Shown here piece by piece: positions 1 to 10,005 of a stretch of DNA of 64,000 bases. The notes under the pieces were generated by a model. That model did no database searches. It was given only the letters and a program-made list of their open reading frames with translations, and was not told where the DNA came from. The stretch's first letter is position 1, and each line of letters opens with the position of its first letter. The stretch is from positions 448,001-512,000 of the forward strand of contig CAVQQD010000002.1 of assembly GCA_963714975.1 (NCBI GenBank), given 5' to 3'. Source of the DNA: an uncultured Gammaproteobacteria bacterium. GTDB taxonomy: Bacteria; Pseudomonadota; Gammaproteobacteria; JAURND01. Both the position numbers and the translations under genes were made by a program.

Positions 1-1262
1 TCTATCCCTTTGCTAAAACTATCCAACAACCCTATTGTGGCTTAGAAACTGCTATCGAACAAATCGATATTGGTGGGCCGAGTATGCTTAGAGCTGGTGC
101 AAAAAACTATCGATTTGTCACCACTTTAGTCGATCCCTTGGATTACTCCATGTTATTGCTTGAACTGGAGGCTGAACATGGCGCAACTACGCTTGAGACA
201 CGCTTCAAATTAGCACAAAAAGTTTTTGCTCACACCGCGAAATACGATGGCAGCATTGCTAATTATCTGAACAAAATGCATCTGGATAATAGCCAAAACG
301 CTTTTCCACAAGTCTTAACGATGCAATTTACCAAGCAGCAAGAGCTGCGCTATGGAGAAAATCCCCATCAACAAGCCGCATTTTATGTTGAGGAACCCAT
401 TACCGAACCCAGCGTAGCTACGATTCATGCCCATCAAGGTAAGCCACTTTCTTTTAACAATATTGCGGACACCAATGCGGCGTTGGAATGTGTGAAATCT
501 TTTTCGAGAAATGCTGCCTGCGTGATTGTCAAACATGCTAATCCCTGTGGAGTAGCTTTAGCGAATGATCAACTTGAGGCTTATCTTAAGGCCTGGCAAG
601 TCGATCCTACCTCGGCGTTTGGAGGTATCATTGCTTTCAATCAACCCTTATTGGCTGACACCGCGAAAGCCATTTTGGATCACCAATTTGTTGAAGTGAT
701 TATTGCTCCCAGGGTAGAGGATAAGGCCCTAACTTTATTGGCGAGTAAACCGAATATTCGGGTGCTGAGTTGCGGAGAATGGCAGACACAAAATCCCTAT
801 CTGGATTATGCTCGAGTGAATGGGGGACTTTTGGTACAAGAAGCAGATACCGTCACGTTTTCTCCCAGTGATTTAAAAATCGTCAGCCAGCGTCAACCTT
901 CTGTACAGGAATTTAATGACCTCTTATTTGCCTGGGAGGTAGCCAAGCATGTCAAATCGAATGCCATTGTTTATGCTAAAAACGAAACGACGATTGGGAT
1001 TGGCGCTGGCCAAATGAGTCGCGTCTTTAGCGCCATCATTGCTGCCCTCAAGGCTCGCGATGCCCAATTGGAATTATCTGGTGCAGTCATGGCCTCCGAT
1101 GCATTTTTGCCGTTTCGAGATGGGGTGGATACAGCAGTCAGCCAAGGCATCACGGCCATTATTCAACCAGGAGGATCATTACGTGATGCGGAAGTGATCA
1201 AAGCAGCCGATGAAGCAGGTATCGCCATGGTATTTACTGGCATTCGACATTTTAAGCATTAA
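1..1262 (+). CDS. purH: Bifunctional AICAR formyltransferase/IMP cyclohydrolase (5'-truncated by window edge)
   Basis: Frame open from window start (YPF...IDIGGPSM); motifs [43 protein letters not shown]. Confidence 0.97.
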   Translation, partial: YPFAKTIQQPYCGLETAIEQIDIGGPSMLRAGAKNYRFVTTLVDPLDYSMLLLELEAEHGATTLETRFKLAQKVFAHTAKYDGSIANYLNKMHLDNSQNAFPQVLTMQFTKQQELRYGENPHQQAAFYVEEPITEPSVATIHAHQGKPLSFNNIADTNAALECVKSFSRNAACVIVKHANPCGVALANDQLEAYLKAWQVDPTSAFGGIIAFNQPLLADTAKAILDHQFVEVIIAPRVEDKALTLLASKPNIRVLSCGEWQTQNPYLDYARVNGGLLVQEADTVTFSPSDLKIVSQRQPSVQEFNDLLFAWEVAKHVKSNAIVYAKNETTIGIGAGQMSRVFSAIIAALKARDAQLELSGAVMASDAFLPFRDGVDTAVSQGITAIIQPGGSLRDAEVIKAADEAGIAMVFTGIRHFKH

Positions 1263-1308
1263 CCCGTTGTCCTGGTATGGATGCAGGGATGAAGCTCAAG
1301 GTACGCAT

Positions 1309-2637
1309 ATGAATATTCTAATCATTGGTCAAGGCGGAAGAGAACATGCAATGGCTTGGTCTATCAAACGCTGCGCAAAAACAGCGGTGATCTATGTAGC
1401 TCCCGGGAATGCCGGAACAGACCAAGAAACAGGCGTTGAAAATGTCCCCATTGCCAGCAATGACATCCCAGAGCTCATAAAATTTGCCAAACAAAATAAC
1501 ATTGATTTGACCATCGTCGGGCCCGAAGCCCCCTTAGCTGCTGGCATCGTGGATGCTTTTGCTGCAGAAAATTTAGCTTGCTTTGGACCAAGCCAGGAAG
1601 CAGCCCAGTTAGAATCCTCAAAAGCCTTCAGCAAGCAATTTATGCTACGTCATAATATTCCCACGGCGTGCTATGCTGCTTTCACCGATTTAGCTCAAGC
1701 CAAAGCTTATGCGGAACAACAAGCATTTCCGCTGGTGATTAAAGCTGATGGGTTAGCTACTGGTAAAGGGGTGGTTATTGCCCATAATCTTGCGGAAGCT
1801 TTCACAGCTCTGGAACAAATGTTGCAAGGTTACTACGGTAGCGCTGGTCAATGCGTCATTATTGAGGAATTTCTTAGTGGAGAAGAAGCGAGCTTTATTG
1901 TCATGAGTGATGGGGAATTTGCATTAGCTTTGGCCACATCACAAGACCATAAAACCCGCGACGATGGTGATCAAGGGCCAAACACCGGAGGGATGGGTGC
2001 TTATTCTCCGGCTCCCATTATTACCCCCGAAATTCATCAACAAGTGATGGACCAGATTATTTATCCTACCCTAAAAGGAATGGCAGCCGAAGGCCACCCC
2101 TATGTTGGTTTTCTCTATGCTGGGCTGATGATAGCAAAGGGGGGTAGGGAGGATTTACAAGTAAAAGTTCTCGAATTTAATTGCCGTTTAGGCGACCCAG
2201 AAACCCAAGCGATTTTATTTCGCTTACAATCTAATTTAGCTGAAGCTTGCGCTGCTGCCTTAGAAAAACGCTTAAATCAGGTCCAGTTGTCCTGGGATCC
2301 ACGAGCTGCCCTCGGCATTGTGTTAGCCGCTAAGGGCTACCCGGAACAATATCCCCGGGATGAAGTTATTCAAGGATTGGAGCTGGAGCGAGAGGATTGT
2401 AAAATTTTCCACGCTGGCACCGTATTAGAAGACTCACAAATCAAGACCGCAGGAGGGCGGGTTTTGTGTGCTACCGCATTAGGATCGAATCTCCGGGAAG
2501 CACAAGCATTAGCCTATGAATTAGCGAAAAATATCCAATGGCCAAGTAAATATTACCGAACTGATATTGGCTACCGAGGAATTTTGCGGGATTCGTCGTC
2601 CCTGCAGGATGCAGGGACCCAGATCACAAGGACGTGA
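1309..2637 (+). CDS. purD: Phosphoribosylamine--glycine ligase
   Basis: MNILIIGQGGREHA start (ATG 1309), VGPEAPL, KADGLATGKGV, DHK...GPNTGGMGAYSP, EFNCRLGDPE; last ~15 codons supplied by a repeat. Confidence 0.97.
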   Translation: MNILIIGQGGREHAMAWSIKRCAKTAVIYVAPGNAGTDQETGVENVPIASNDIPELIKFAKQNNIDLTIVGPEAPLAAGIVDAFAAENLACFGPSQEAAQLESSKAFSKQFMLRHNIPTACYAAFTDLAQAKAYAEQQAFPLVIKADGLATGKGVVIAHNLAEAFTALEQMLQGYYGSAGQCVIIEEFLSGEEASFIVMSDGEFALALATSQDHKTRDDGDQGPNTGGMGAYSPAPIITPEIHQQVMDQIIYPTLKGMAAEGHPYVGFLYAGLMIAKGGREDLQVKVLEFNCRLGDPETQAILFRLQSNLAEACAAALEKRLNQVQLSWDPRAALGIVLAAKGYPEQYPRDEVIQGLELEREDCKIFHAGTVLEDSQIKTAGGRVLCATALGSNLREAQALAYELAKNIQWPSKYYRTDIGYRGILRDSSSLQDAGTQITRT

Positions 2638-2686
2638 AAGTTTCGCTTCCTGCGCCGGGGATCCCGGCATTCATGCCGGGATGACG
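2594..2686. repeat. Family B palindromic element (~93 bp, CGTCGTCCC...GGGATGACG), overlapping purD 3' end
   Basis: Similar copies at 49422-49514 and 63816-63909; shorter versions at 25373-25412, 28289-28321 and a partial one at ~1264-1292. Confidence 0.85.
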
Positions 2687-2726
2687 AGCCATCGAATAAG
2701 CTCGAGAGAAGGATCTTAAGGAAACC

Positions 2727-3863
2727 ATGGCTATAAATTTTTCTTTCCAGCGTTTAGTCGCGATGATTGTTAAAGAATTTATCCAGATGCGCCGCGACCG
2801 CTTAACTTTTGCGATGATGATTGGGATTCCAGTCATGCAATTAATTTTGTTTGGCTTTGCCATCAATACCAATCCCAGGCATTTACCCACCGCAGTATTG
2901 GCTGAGGATCATAGTCCTTATACCCGCGCCTTTATTCAGGGTTTGAAAAATACCGACTATTTTAAAATTAGCCATGAAGTCAGCAGTGAAAGGGAAGCAG
3001 CACGGCTCCTTGCTGCCAATGAAGTATTATTCTTGATTTCTATTCCGACAGATTTTACCTACCGCTTGATTCGTCATGAGCATCCCAGCATTTTGTTAGA
3101 AGCGGATGCAACTGATTCGGTGGCGGTGGGAAACGCAATTTCGGCTGTGCAAATTATGGCGCAACACGTGTTAGATCAGACGATCAAGGGTCGGGTCCAT
3201 TATTTAATTAATGCGCCTCTTAGTTATAATGTCATAATACATGCAAAATATAACCCTGAGAGTAATACCCAATATAACATTGTGCCGGCATTAATGGGGG
3301 TAGTGCTCACGATGACGATGGTCCTAATTACCAGTTTGGCTATTACTCGGGAACGAGAGCGTGGCACGATGGAAAATCTTTTGGCAACCCCGCTACAACC
3401 GCTGGAAGTTATGCTAGGCAAAATTACTCCTTACATTATGGTAGGTTATCTCCAAGTCTTGTTAATTTTAGCACTGGCCCATTGGCTGTTTTTTGTGCCT
3501 ATTTTTGGCAGTGTAGTATTGTTACTGATTGCTGTATTGCCATTTATTCTCGCGAATTTGGCTGTTGGTTTGACATTTTCAAGTATTGCAAAAAATCAGT
3601 TACAAGCGATGCAAATGGCCTTTTTTTTCTTTTTACCGTCGATTTTACTTTCGGGGTTTTTATTTCCTTTTCGTGGAATGCCAGATTGGGCACAATATCT
3701 GGGACAAATCTTACCATTAACACATTTTCTCAGGATTGTGCGAGGTATTTTGTTGAAAGGTAATGGTTTAGCAGAAATATGGCCAGATGTATGGCCAATT
3801 GGCGTATTTATGCTAGTGATTTTGATTATAGGCTTGAAGCGTTACCGACGAACTTTGGATTAA
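2727..3863 (+). CDS. ABC-2 type transporter permease (YbhS/YhhJ-like)
   Basis: KEFIQMRRD N-terminus, ITRERERGTMENLLATP, LSGFLFP, PLTHFL; multiple TM segments. Confidence 0.9.
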   Translation: MAINFSFQRLVAMIVKEFIQMRRDRLTFAMMIGIPVMQLILFGFAINTNPRHLPTAVLAEDHSPYTRAFIQGLKNTDYFKISHEVSSEREAARLLAANEVLFLISIPTDFTYRLIRHEHPSILLEADATDSVAVGNAISAVQIMAQHVLDQTIKGRVHYLINAPLSYNVIIHAKYNPESNTQYNIVPALMGVVLTMTMVLITSLAITRERERGTMENLLATPLQPLEVMLGKITPYIMVGYLQVLLILALAHWLFFVPIFGSVVLLLIAVLPFILANLAVGLTFSSIAKNQLQAMQMAFFFFLPSILLSGFLFPFRGMPDWAQYLGQILPLTHFLRIVRGILLKGNGLAEIWPDVWPIGVFMLVILIIGLKRYRRTLD

Positions 3864-3985
3864 AACAGGCATCTATGGCCTATCTTTCGCAACGAAATGG
3901 ATGAAAAATGCTCATGTACTAATTTGTACACTGCGCTTTTTCACCCATTTCGTTACTTCAACCTAGGCTCATAGCTGCCTGTTTT
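3862..3985. repeat. Family D long palindromic intergenic element (MITE/RPE-like)
   Basis: aaaacaggca...tgcctgtttt termini, inner arms aacgaaatgg/ccatttcgtt and central atgctcatgtac...gtacactgcgct. Confidence 0.65.
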
Positions 3986-4044
3986 TGGCAACTTTGGCAA
4001 TGTGGTGAATAGTTACAGTTCTTTAAAAAGCAAGGAGAATTTAC

Positions 4045-5229
4045 ATGGGAGTAAATAAATGCATCGCAGTTTTTTTTATTACAATTTTACTGTTATTAGG
4101 AACAGGATGTCAGGAGAAAAGTAAACCAGAGAGCAGCAGCCCTGCCCAAAAGCCTGCCGCCATCCAAGAAAGTTCCAATATTTATCTCCACACTCAAGCT
4201 AATAAGTTGGCCGCGGTAACGCACAGCGCATTGCCGCGCGTGTATGTGCCAAATAGCCGAGATAACACGGTGAGTGTCATTGACCCTAGCACTTATCAAG
4301 TCCTGGCCACTTTTCCAGTAGGCAAAACCCCGCAACATGTGGTGCCATCTTATGACCTTAAAACTTTGTGGGTATTAAATAACGATGGTGATAGCGTTAC
4401 CCCGATTGATCCTAATACGGCTCAGCCTGGGGATAGGATTGCTGTGGTCGATCCTTATAATCTGTATTTCACCCCCGATGGTCGGTTTGCCATTGTAGTG
4501 GATGAAGGCAAAAAACTGCTGGATTTTCGCGACCCCCAGACCATGGCGCTGATAGATTCTATCCCGGTGGAATGCAAAGGGGTGAATCATATGGACTTTA
4601 CCGTGGATGGTCGTTATGCCATTGCCACTTGTGAGTTTTCTGGGCAAGTATTGAAACTGGATGTCTTAAATCGCAAGATCTTAGCTTATCTTTCCCTGGG
4701 GATTAATATGCCAGAGCGAGGCTGTATGCCGCAAGATGTGCGCCTCTCTCCCGATGGTCGGATTTTCTATGTGGCGGATATGAATAAAGGCGGGGTGTTT
4801 CTGATTGAGCCTGATTCTTTTAGTGAGGTAGGGTTTATTCCAACTGGTGTTGGTACTCATGGCATTTATCCGAGTCGGGATGGCAAGTTTTTTTATGTTG
4901 CCAATCGAGGTTGCCCGAGTTTAGGGTGTCGCCTGCCTGGTTTTTGTCCTCCCAATGGGCCCGGCAATATTGCTGTGGTTGATCCCGTTGCGAAAAAAGT
5001 AGTTGCGCAGTGGCCAATTCCAGAAGGGGGTAGTCCGGATATGGGGAATATCACTGCGGATGGTAAAGAATTATGGCTATCAGGACGTTATGACAGTGAA
5101 GTCTATGTATTTGACACCAGCACCGGCCTATTAACCCACCGTATACCCGTTGGCCGCGGCCCGCATGGACTCACGGTTTGGCCACAACCCGGGCGCTATT
5201 CATTAGGGCATACTGGGAATATGCGCTAA
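4045..5229 (+). CDS. YVTN/YncE-family beta-propeller lipoprotein
   Basis: Lipobox LLGTGC; repeated VYVPN...VSVID, TPDGRFA, SPDGRIFYVA, SRDGKFFYVAN blades. Confidence 0.85.
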   Translation: MGVNKCIAVFFITILLLLGTGCQEKSKPESSSPAQKPAAIQESSNIYLHTQANKLAAVTHSALPRVYVPNSRDNTVSVIDPSTYQVLATFPVGKTPQHVVPSYDLKTLWVLNNDGDSVTPIDPNTAQPGDRIAVVDPYNLYFTPDGRFAIVVDEGKKLLDFRDPQTMALIDSIPVECKGVNHMDFTVDGRYAIATCEFSGQVLKLDVLNRKILAYLSLGINMPERGCMPQDVRLSPDGRIFYVADMNKGGVFLIEPDSFSEVGFIPTGVGTHGIYPSRDGKFFYVANRGCPSLGCRLPGFCPPNGPGNIAVVDPVAKKVVAQWPIPEGGSPDMGNITADGKELWLSGRYDSEVYVFDTSTGLLTHRIPVGRGPHGLTVWPQPGRYSLGHTGNMR

Positions 5230-5308
5230 AACAGCGTGCAGATTTGATCTCGCGTAATTATCCTTGTATTATGGTAGGAAGCATACCAATTTACAAGGAA
5301 AGCATTCG

Positions 5309-6466
5309 GTGAAACGAAGTCATTACCTCGCTCGCATCCAAAAAGCATTTGAAATCCACAAAGTGGTCGCTTTACTGGGGCCCAGACAATGTGGCAAGAC
5401 CACGCTTGCCAAAGACTATATCCAGCATGAGCCTCAGTTGTCTACAGCCCGAAACTACTTTGACCTAGAAAGAGCGACTGATTTAGCTCGCTTATCCCAT
5501 CCTCAATTAGCCCTTGAGGCACTGGATAACTTGATCGTCATTGATGAAATTCAACGCCTTCCCGAATTATTCCCTACTATACGAGTATTGGTCGATCATA
5601 CAACAACCCAGCGCTACCTGGTTCTAGGTAGCGCTTCTCGTGATCTCATTCGACAATCCTCTGAAACGCTTGCTGGTCGAATTCAATATATTGAAACAAC
5701 ACCATTTTCATATGAAGAAACCCATGATCTGCATCGTTTATGGTTACGAGGGGGGTTCCCTCTATCTTATTTAGCAAAAACAGATGAAGACAGCATCATT
5801 TGGCGCAGAGAATATACTCAAACCTTTCTTGAGCGTGACATTCCTAATCTTGGTATACGAATCTCTCCAATTGAGTTAAGACGATTCTGGATGATGATTG
5901 CCCATTATCATGGCAACGTATTTAATGCCTCTGAAATAGGAAAATCTTTAAGACTGAATCACAAAACAATTCGTTATTACACGGATATCCTAGTTGGAAC
6001 ATTTATGTTACGCGAAATCCCAGCCTGGTTTGAAAATATCTCCAAACGCCAGATAAAATCGCCAAAAATCTATTTTCGTGACAGCGGCATTTTGCATTAT
6101 CTGTTGAATATATCCAACGAAGATGATTTATATCAACACCCTAAATTAGGATCATCGTGGGAGGGATTTGCGCTAGAATCAATCATCAGACATCACGAAG
6201 CTGTCGATGGGGAATATTATTTTTGGGGAACACAAGGACATGCCGAATTAGATTTATTAATTATCAAAAATGGTAAGCGCTTAGGATTTGAATTTAAATA
6301 TACCGATATGCCCAAGATCACAAAATCCATGACTATTGCTATCGAAGATCTCAAATTAGATAAATTATTCGTTATTTTCCCCAGCAAAGAATCTTTTCCA
6401 TTATCCACTCAGATTTACGCGGCTGGGTTAGAAAGTTATTTGCAAGCCCATTCTTCACCACCCTAA
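5309..6466 (+). CDS. AAA+ ATPase with DUF4143 domain
   Basis: Walker A GPRQCGKTT, Walker B IDEIQ, ETLAGR, RGGFP, KIYFRDSG, C-terminal ELD...EFK; likely GTG start at 5309 after AAGGA. Confidence 0.85.
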   Translation: MKRSHYLARIQKAFEIHKVVALLGPRQCGKTTLAKDYIQHEPQLSTARNYFDLERATDLARLSHPQLALEALDNLIVIDEIQRLPELFPTIRVLVDHTTTQRYLVLGSASRDLIRQSSETLAGRIQYIETTPFSYEETHDLHRLWLRGGFPLSYLAKTDEDSIIWRREYTQTFLERDIPNLGIRISPIELRRFWMMIAHYHGNVFNASEIGKSLRLNHKTIRYYTDILVGTFMLREIPAWFENISKRQIKSPKIYFRDSGILHYLLNISNEDDLYQHPKLGSSWEGFALESIIRHHEAVDGEYYFWGTQGHAELDLLIIKNGKRLGFEFKYTDMPKITKSMTIAIEDLKLDKLFVIFPSKESFPLSTQIYAAGLESYLQAHSSPP

Positions 6467-6590
6467 ATCCCCTATCTTATTCCAAAGTAGAGACAACTGA
6501 AGTTTGCCTGATATGACAAAAACTGTTAATACAAGTTTAAGCTTAATGCGTTATTATACCGTTCAGTTTCGCCATTAACTGAGATAAACC

Positions 6591-9539
6591 ATGCAAATCA
6601 CTAAAGCACTACTGCGTTTTCTCTTGCCACCGCTCAGCATAATAGACGCTTGGACGGATCGGCGTAAATTCGCCAGTACGATGTTGTGGGGCGGGGGTTT
6701 GGGAGCAATCATTGGACCGATTTTGGCTCTGCCATTAGGCTTATACTTGTTTGGGTTTTTTGGATCTTCTGTTCCATTACTTGCTTTGAACACATTACCC
6801 GGTCTCCTCATAGTCTGTTTAGGTCTCTGGGGGGCTAGTGTATTGGGTCGCTTTGTGGGCTTTTTGTTGGGATGTGCCCAAACTGGTACTGATGTCCCCC
6901 ATAATCCCCTGGAATTCCGTGAAAAAATATTGCAAGCGGGACTCAGGTTTGCCTTGTTTGGTAATGGGGTGATGGAGCAGTTTTACCACTTATTTTGTAG
7001 ATCAGTAGAGTTGGAAACTCTAGATGGGATTGATTTGTTACGCCCAGCCATCAGGGCTAACACCTATGTCTATTTCCAGAGGGGAGGCGAACAATGGTTA
7101 GGGATGGTCAATTTTTTACGCATAAGTTGTGCCCCTAAATTTACAAACTGGCTTAATGACGATTATTCAGCGCAATCAATTTTAACTGCACTGACGCCTG
7201 TTCCGGTGGGGCATCATGTTCGATTGTGCGAATTATTAGGTCGCTTCTACAATTTGAGCTATTTTAATCAGGGTACTGCCGTAGGGGTAATCACGCGTTA
7301 TGCGACTGTTTCTCTCCTAAATAAGGAAAAGTTATGCACAGAGTTGGATGTTCTAAAAGATTGTGGTTTGTTGGTGGCAGGTACAAATAATCGAACAAAA
7401 ATAGAGATGATCAATCAGGGGTTTGGTTGGTCTACATTTCACTGGCAGCAGCAAATGCCAGCTGGCGATTTGGCTCAGGTTGTGCAAATTGCCAAAGCAT
7501 TGAGCTTATTTCGTCCTGAAGAACAATTGCAAATTATTCGCCATCGCTACAATGCTTTAAAAATACGTCCTGTGCTTCATTTGCTGCAGCAAGAACAGCT
7601 AGCAACTTCCGCTATTTTTTCGCAGGTGTTAGAAAATTCTGGGTCAGATATTGATGTACCTGCCTGTTATACTACAGCCGAGCAATGTGGGTTATTTAGC
7701 GATGAACCCACTAATGCTTTATGGCGCGCACCTGAGGATGAGAAGGGGGCATTGAGTAAGTTGCGAAAACAGAGGTTCTTTAATGTGTATAATATGTTTG
7801 CCCAATTTAGTATGGGGAGTTGCCAGATAAATCCGTGGTTGAAACAATGTTCATTGATTAAGTTTGATTTAATAGCCTCAGGTCAGTATCCGTCTCCAAC
7901 TTATGAAATGAGTGTGGTATTGAGAGACGTACCTGATGCTTGGTTAACCAAGGAAAATTGCCAGCGCATATTGCAGAATCAGAATTGTAGTTTCATTGCT
8001 AAAGGCTTAAAATGTTTGCAAGAAGGGAAAATAACAATACCTAGAGAAGGAGTTCGGCGAGTTAATTTACTCGGGGTTGAGCAGGGTCGGCAATTTTTTG
8101 AGTTAGTTATTGCGAGCAGTTCAAATGCTCCTAGTGTCGCTGCAGCATTGCCTGCCCTTTTTGCGCTTGCCCCATCCAAGCTTGGAGATTATCTAGAATT
8201 AATTAAGCAAAAATTACCGTCATTTACTTATGATCAAATTTCTGCAGTAAATGAGTTCATTAGTAAAAATTCCCATGTATTGGAAAAAATAAGTCAGGAG
8301 GATTTTCAGCGCGTGTTTGCTTATCCAGAAAAATTAGCCGTGCTTCAGGAGACCTTGAACATTCAGTCAATACTTTTGAAGCCTCATAATTTAAGTGCAC
8401 TATTGCAATGCTTGCCGGAAATAGAAGCGATTAAGCAAACTCTTGAGCAGCAACGAAATTCTCAAACCCTAAATCAAGCGACTTTTAATGAATTGATTGC
8501 CAAATACTATCAAACGCAGGCGAGGGAAGCGGTGAGATGGGGGAGTAAAGAGGTGCGAATCGGTAAGGAAAAAGCAGGGATGATGGAAGGTGACTTATCA
8601 GATGATATTTTTAAGCTGATTGCCACTTATACTTCTGAGAATGTCTGGGATAAATCGCCTCATCAAGAATTATTTGCAGCATTAGAAGCAAATCACTGTG
8701 CTGATTTGCTGGAAGATACTGAACTTGAGAAACAATTAATTGGCCAAACCGATAGTGCTATTGAAGCAATTACTCGACTGATCAAAGTAGTAGAATCCAC
8801 TGACGTTTTTACTCAATTCGAACAAAAGGGGGCTAGTAATAATAGCCCAAGCAGAGTAGAGATTTTGTTAAGGATGAGTAGGCCAAGCCACGTATGGCAC
8901 TCGAGAGATAATTTTTGGCTGGTTCGTATCTTGAGGGAAGGTAAATTACTACAAGGTAAAAAAGCGCCCGGAAATTTTCTGCAAGTGCTGAACAATGTCA
9001 ATCATAGTGATGCTATTAAGCAGCTTCTTGAGAACAAAGCTGTTGCCAATTGCCCTGATTATTTTGTTCCGATTATCTCGCAAGGAAAGTATGCTGAAGC
9101 TATCAATGAACTGCTGGTTGCATTCGAGGCTGATTTTTTTGATGGAAATAATACATCCAGTATTGATAACTTAGATCGAGTGATTAAGCGTGCTCCCGAG
9201 GCGAAAGAATTTAGGAAAATCTTAGAAATAATGAAACAAGAGGGGTTGCTTGACTCGGACGTCTCTAGGCAAGTACAAAGCAATTTCGAATCTTTATTTA
9301 ATGCTGGCCCAGCGAGAAGCATTTTAGATCGGATAAATCAGCATAGACAAAGTGGCACTCCACTGACTCAGGAAAAATTTAGGGAAATAGTTATCTTACC
9401 ATCGAAAAATTCTGTACCTCAGTCGGTTGTAGTGTCAGGTGGCTCACCCATTCATACACTACCAGTACGGGATTCCAAAAAGGAGACTGATACTTCGCAA
9501 AATAATGATGATGGTCCTTTGCTCTGCATAATTTTGTAA
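6591..9539 (+). CDS. Large hypothetical protein, candidate secreted effector with N-terminal TM hairpin and C-terminal CaaX (CIIL)
   Basis: 982-aa ORF, Gly-rich hydrophobic helices in residues ~30-95, helical body, ends ...PLLCIIL; no recognisable family. Confidence 0.6.
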   Translation: MQITKALLRFLLPPLSIIDAWTDRRKFASTMLWGGGLGAIIGPILALPLGLYLFGFFGSSVPLLALNTLPGLLIVCLGLWGASVLGRFVGFLLGCAQTGTDVPHNPLEFREKILQAGLRFALFGNGVMEQFYHLFCRSVELETLDGIDLLRPAIRANTYVYFQRGGEQWLGMVNFLRISCAPKFTNWLNDDYSAQSILTALTPVPVGHHVRLCELLGRFYNLSYFNQGTAVGVITRYATVSLLNKEKLCTELDVLKDCGLLVAGTNNRTKIEMINQGFGWSTFHWQQQMPAGDLAQVVQIAKALSLFRPEEQLQIIRHRYNALKIRPVLHLLQQEQLATSAIFSQVLENSGSDIDVPACYTTAEQCGLFSDEPTNALWRAPEDEKGALSKLRKQRFFNVYNMFAQFSMGSCQINPWLKQCSLIKFDLIASGQYPSPTYEMSVVLRDVPDAWLTKENCQRILQNQNCSFIAKGLKCLQEGKITIPREGVRRVNLLGVEQGRQFFELVIASSSNAPSVAAALPALFALAPSKLGDYLELIKQKLPSFTYDQISAVNEFISKNSHVLEKISQEDFQRVFAYPEKLAVLQETLNIQSILLKPHNLSALLQCLPEIEAIKQTLEQQRNSQTLNQATFNELIAKYYQTQAREAVRWGSKEVRIGKEKAGMMEGDLSDDIFKLIATYTSENVWDKSPHQELFAALEANHCADLLEDTELEKQLIGQTDSAIEAITRLIKVVESTDVFTQFEQKGASNNSPSRVEILLRMSRPSHVWHSRDNFWLVRILREGKLLQGKKAPGNFLQVLNNVNHSDAIKQLLENKAVANCPDYFVPIISQGKYAEAINELLVAFEADFFDGNNTSSIDNLDRVIKRAPEAKEFRKILEIMKQEGLLDSDVSRQVQSNFESLFNAGPARSILDRINQHRQSGTPLTQEKFREIVILPSKNSVPQSVVVSGGSPIHTLPVRDSKKETDTSQNNDDGPLLCIIL

Positions 9540-10005
9540 CAGTAGCTTGCTTTTAATTTCAACCCATTGAATAATAGGAAACCTCAGGTGGTGACACCTG
9601 AGGCGCGCGGAACAGATGTTGACGCATCTGAGCCGAACTTCCACATGACAACTCAGAGAAGGAGTTAGCCACATGACGTTTTTGATTTTAGCCTATCGTT
9701 GGTTGTTTCCAAACTGCTTTTTACATTTTGCCTCTGGCTGTCGTTTTCACTGTACCCTGTTGCAGTCCTCTGCCGTCATTGGCTGCGTGTGGAATGGGGG
9801 TATTGCTGCGAAACGTGTTGGGTCAGGGGATGATTATGTCAAGAGCAGGATAGACTAGAAGCAGCAGAGGTAGGATTTGGCGGAGCAGCTGAATGTTGCT
9901 CTGCTGCTTCGTTCGTAATCCTAGGTTTTTGATATTCACATCACTTAGGAGTTTGAACATGAATAATAAAAAAGTCTTATTAATTGAAGATGAGGACCTG
10001 GCAAT

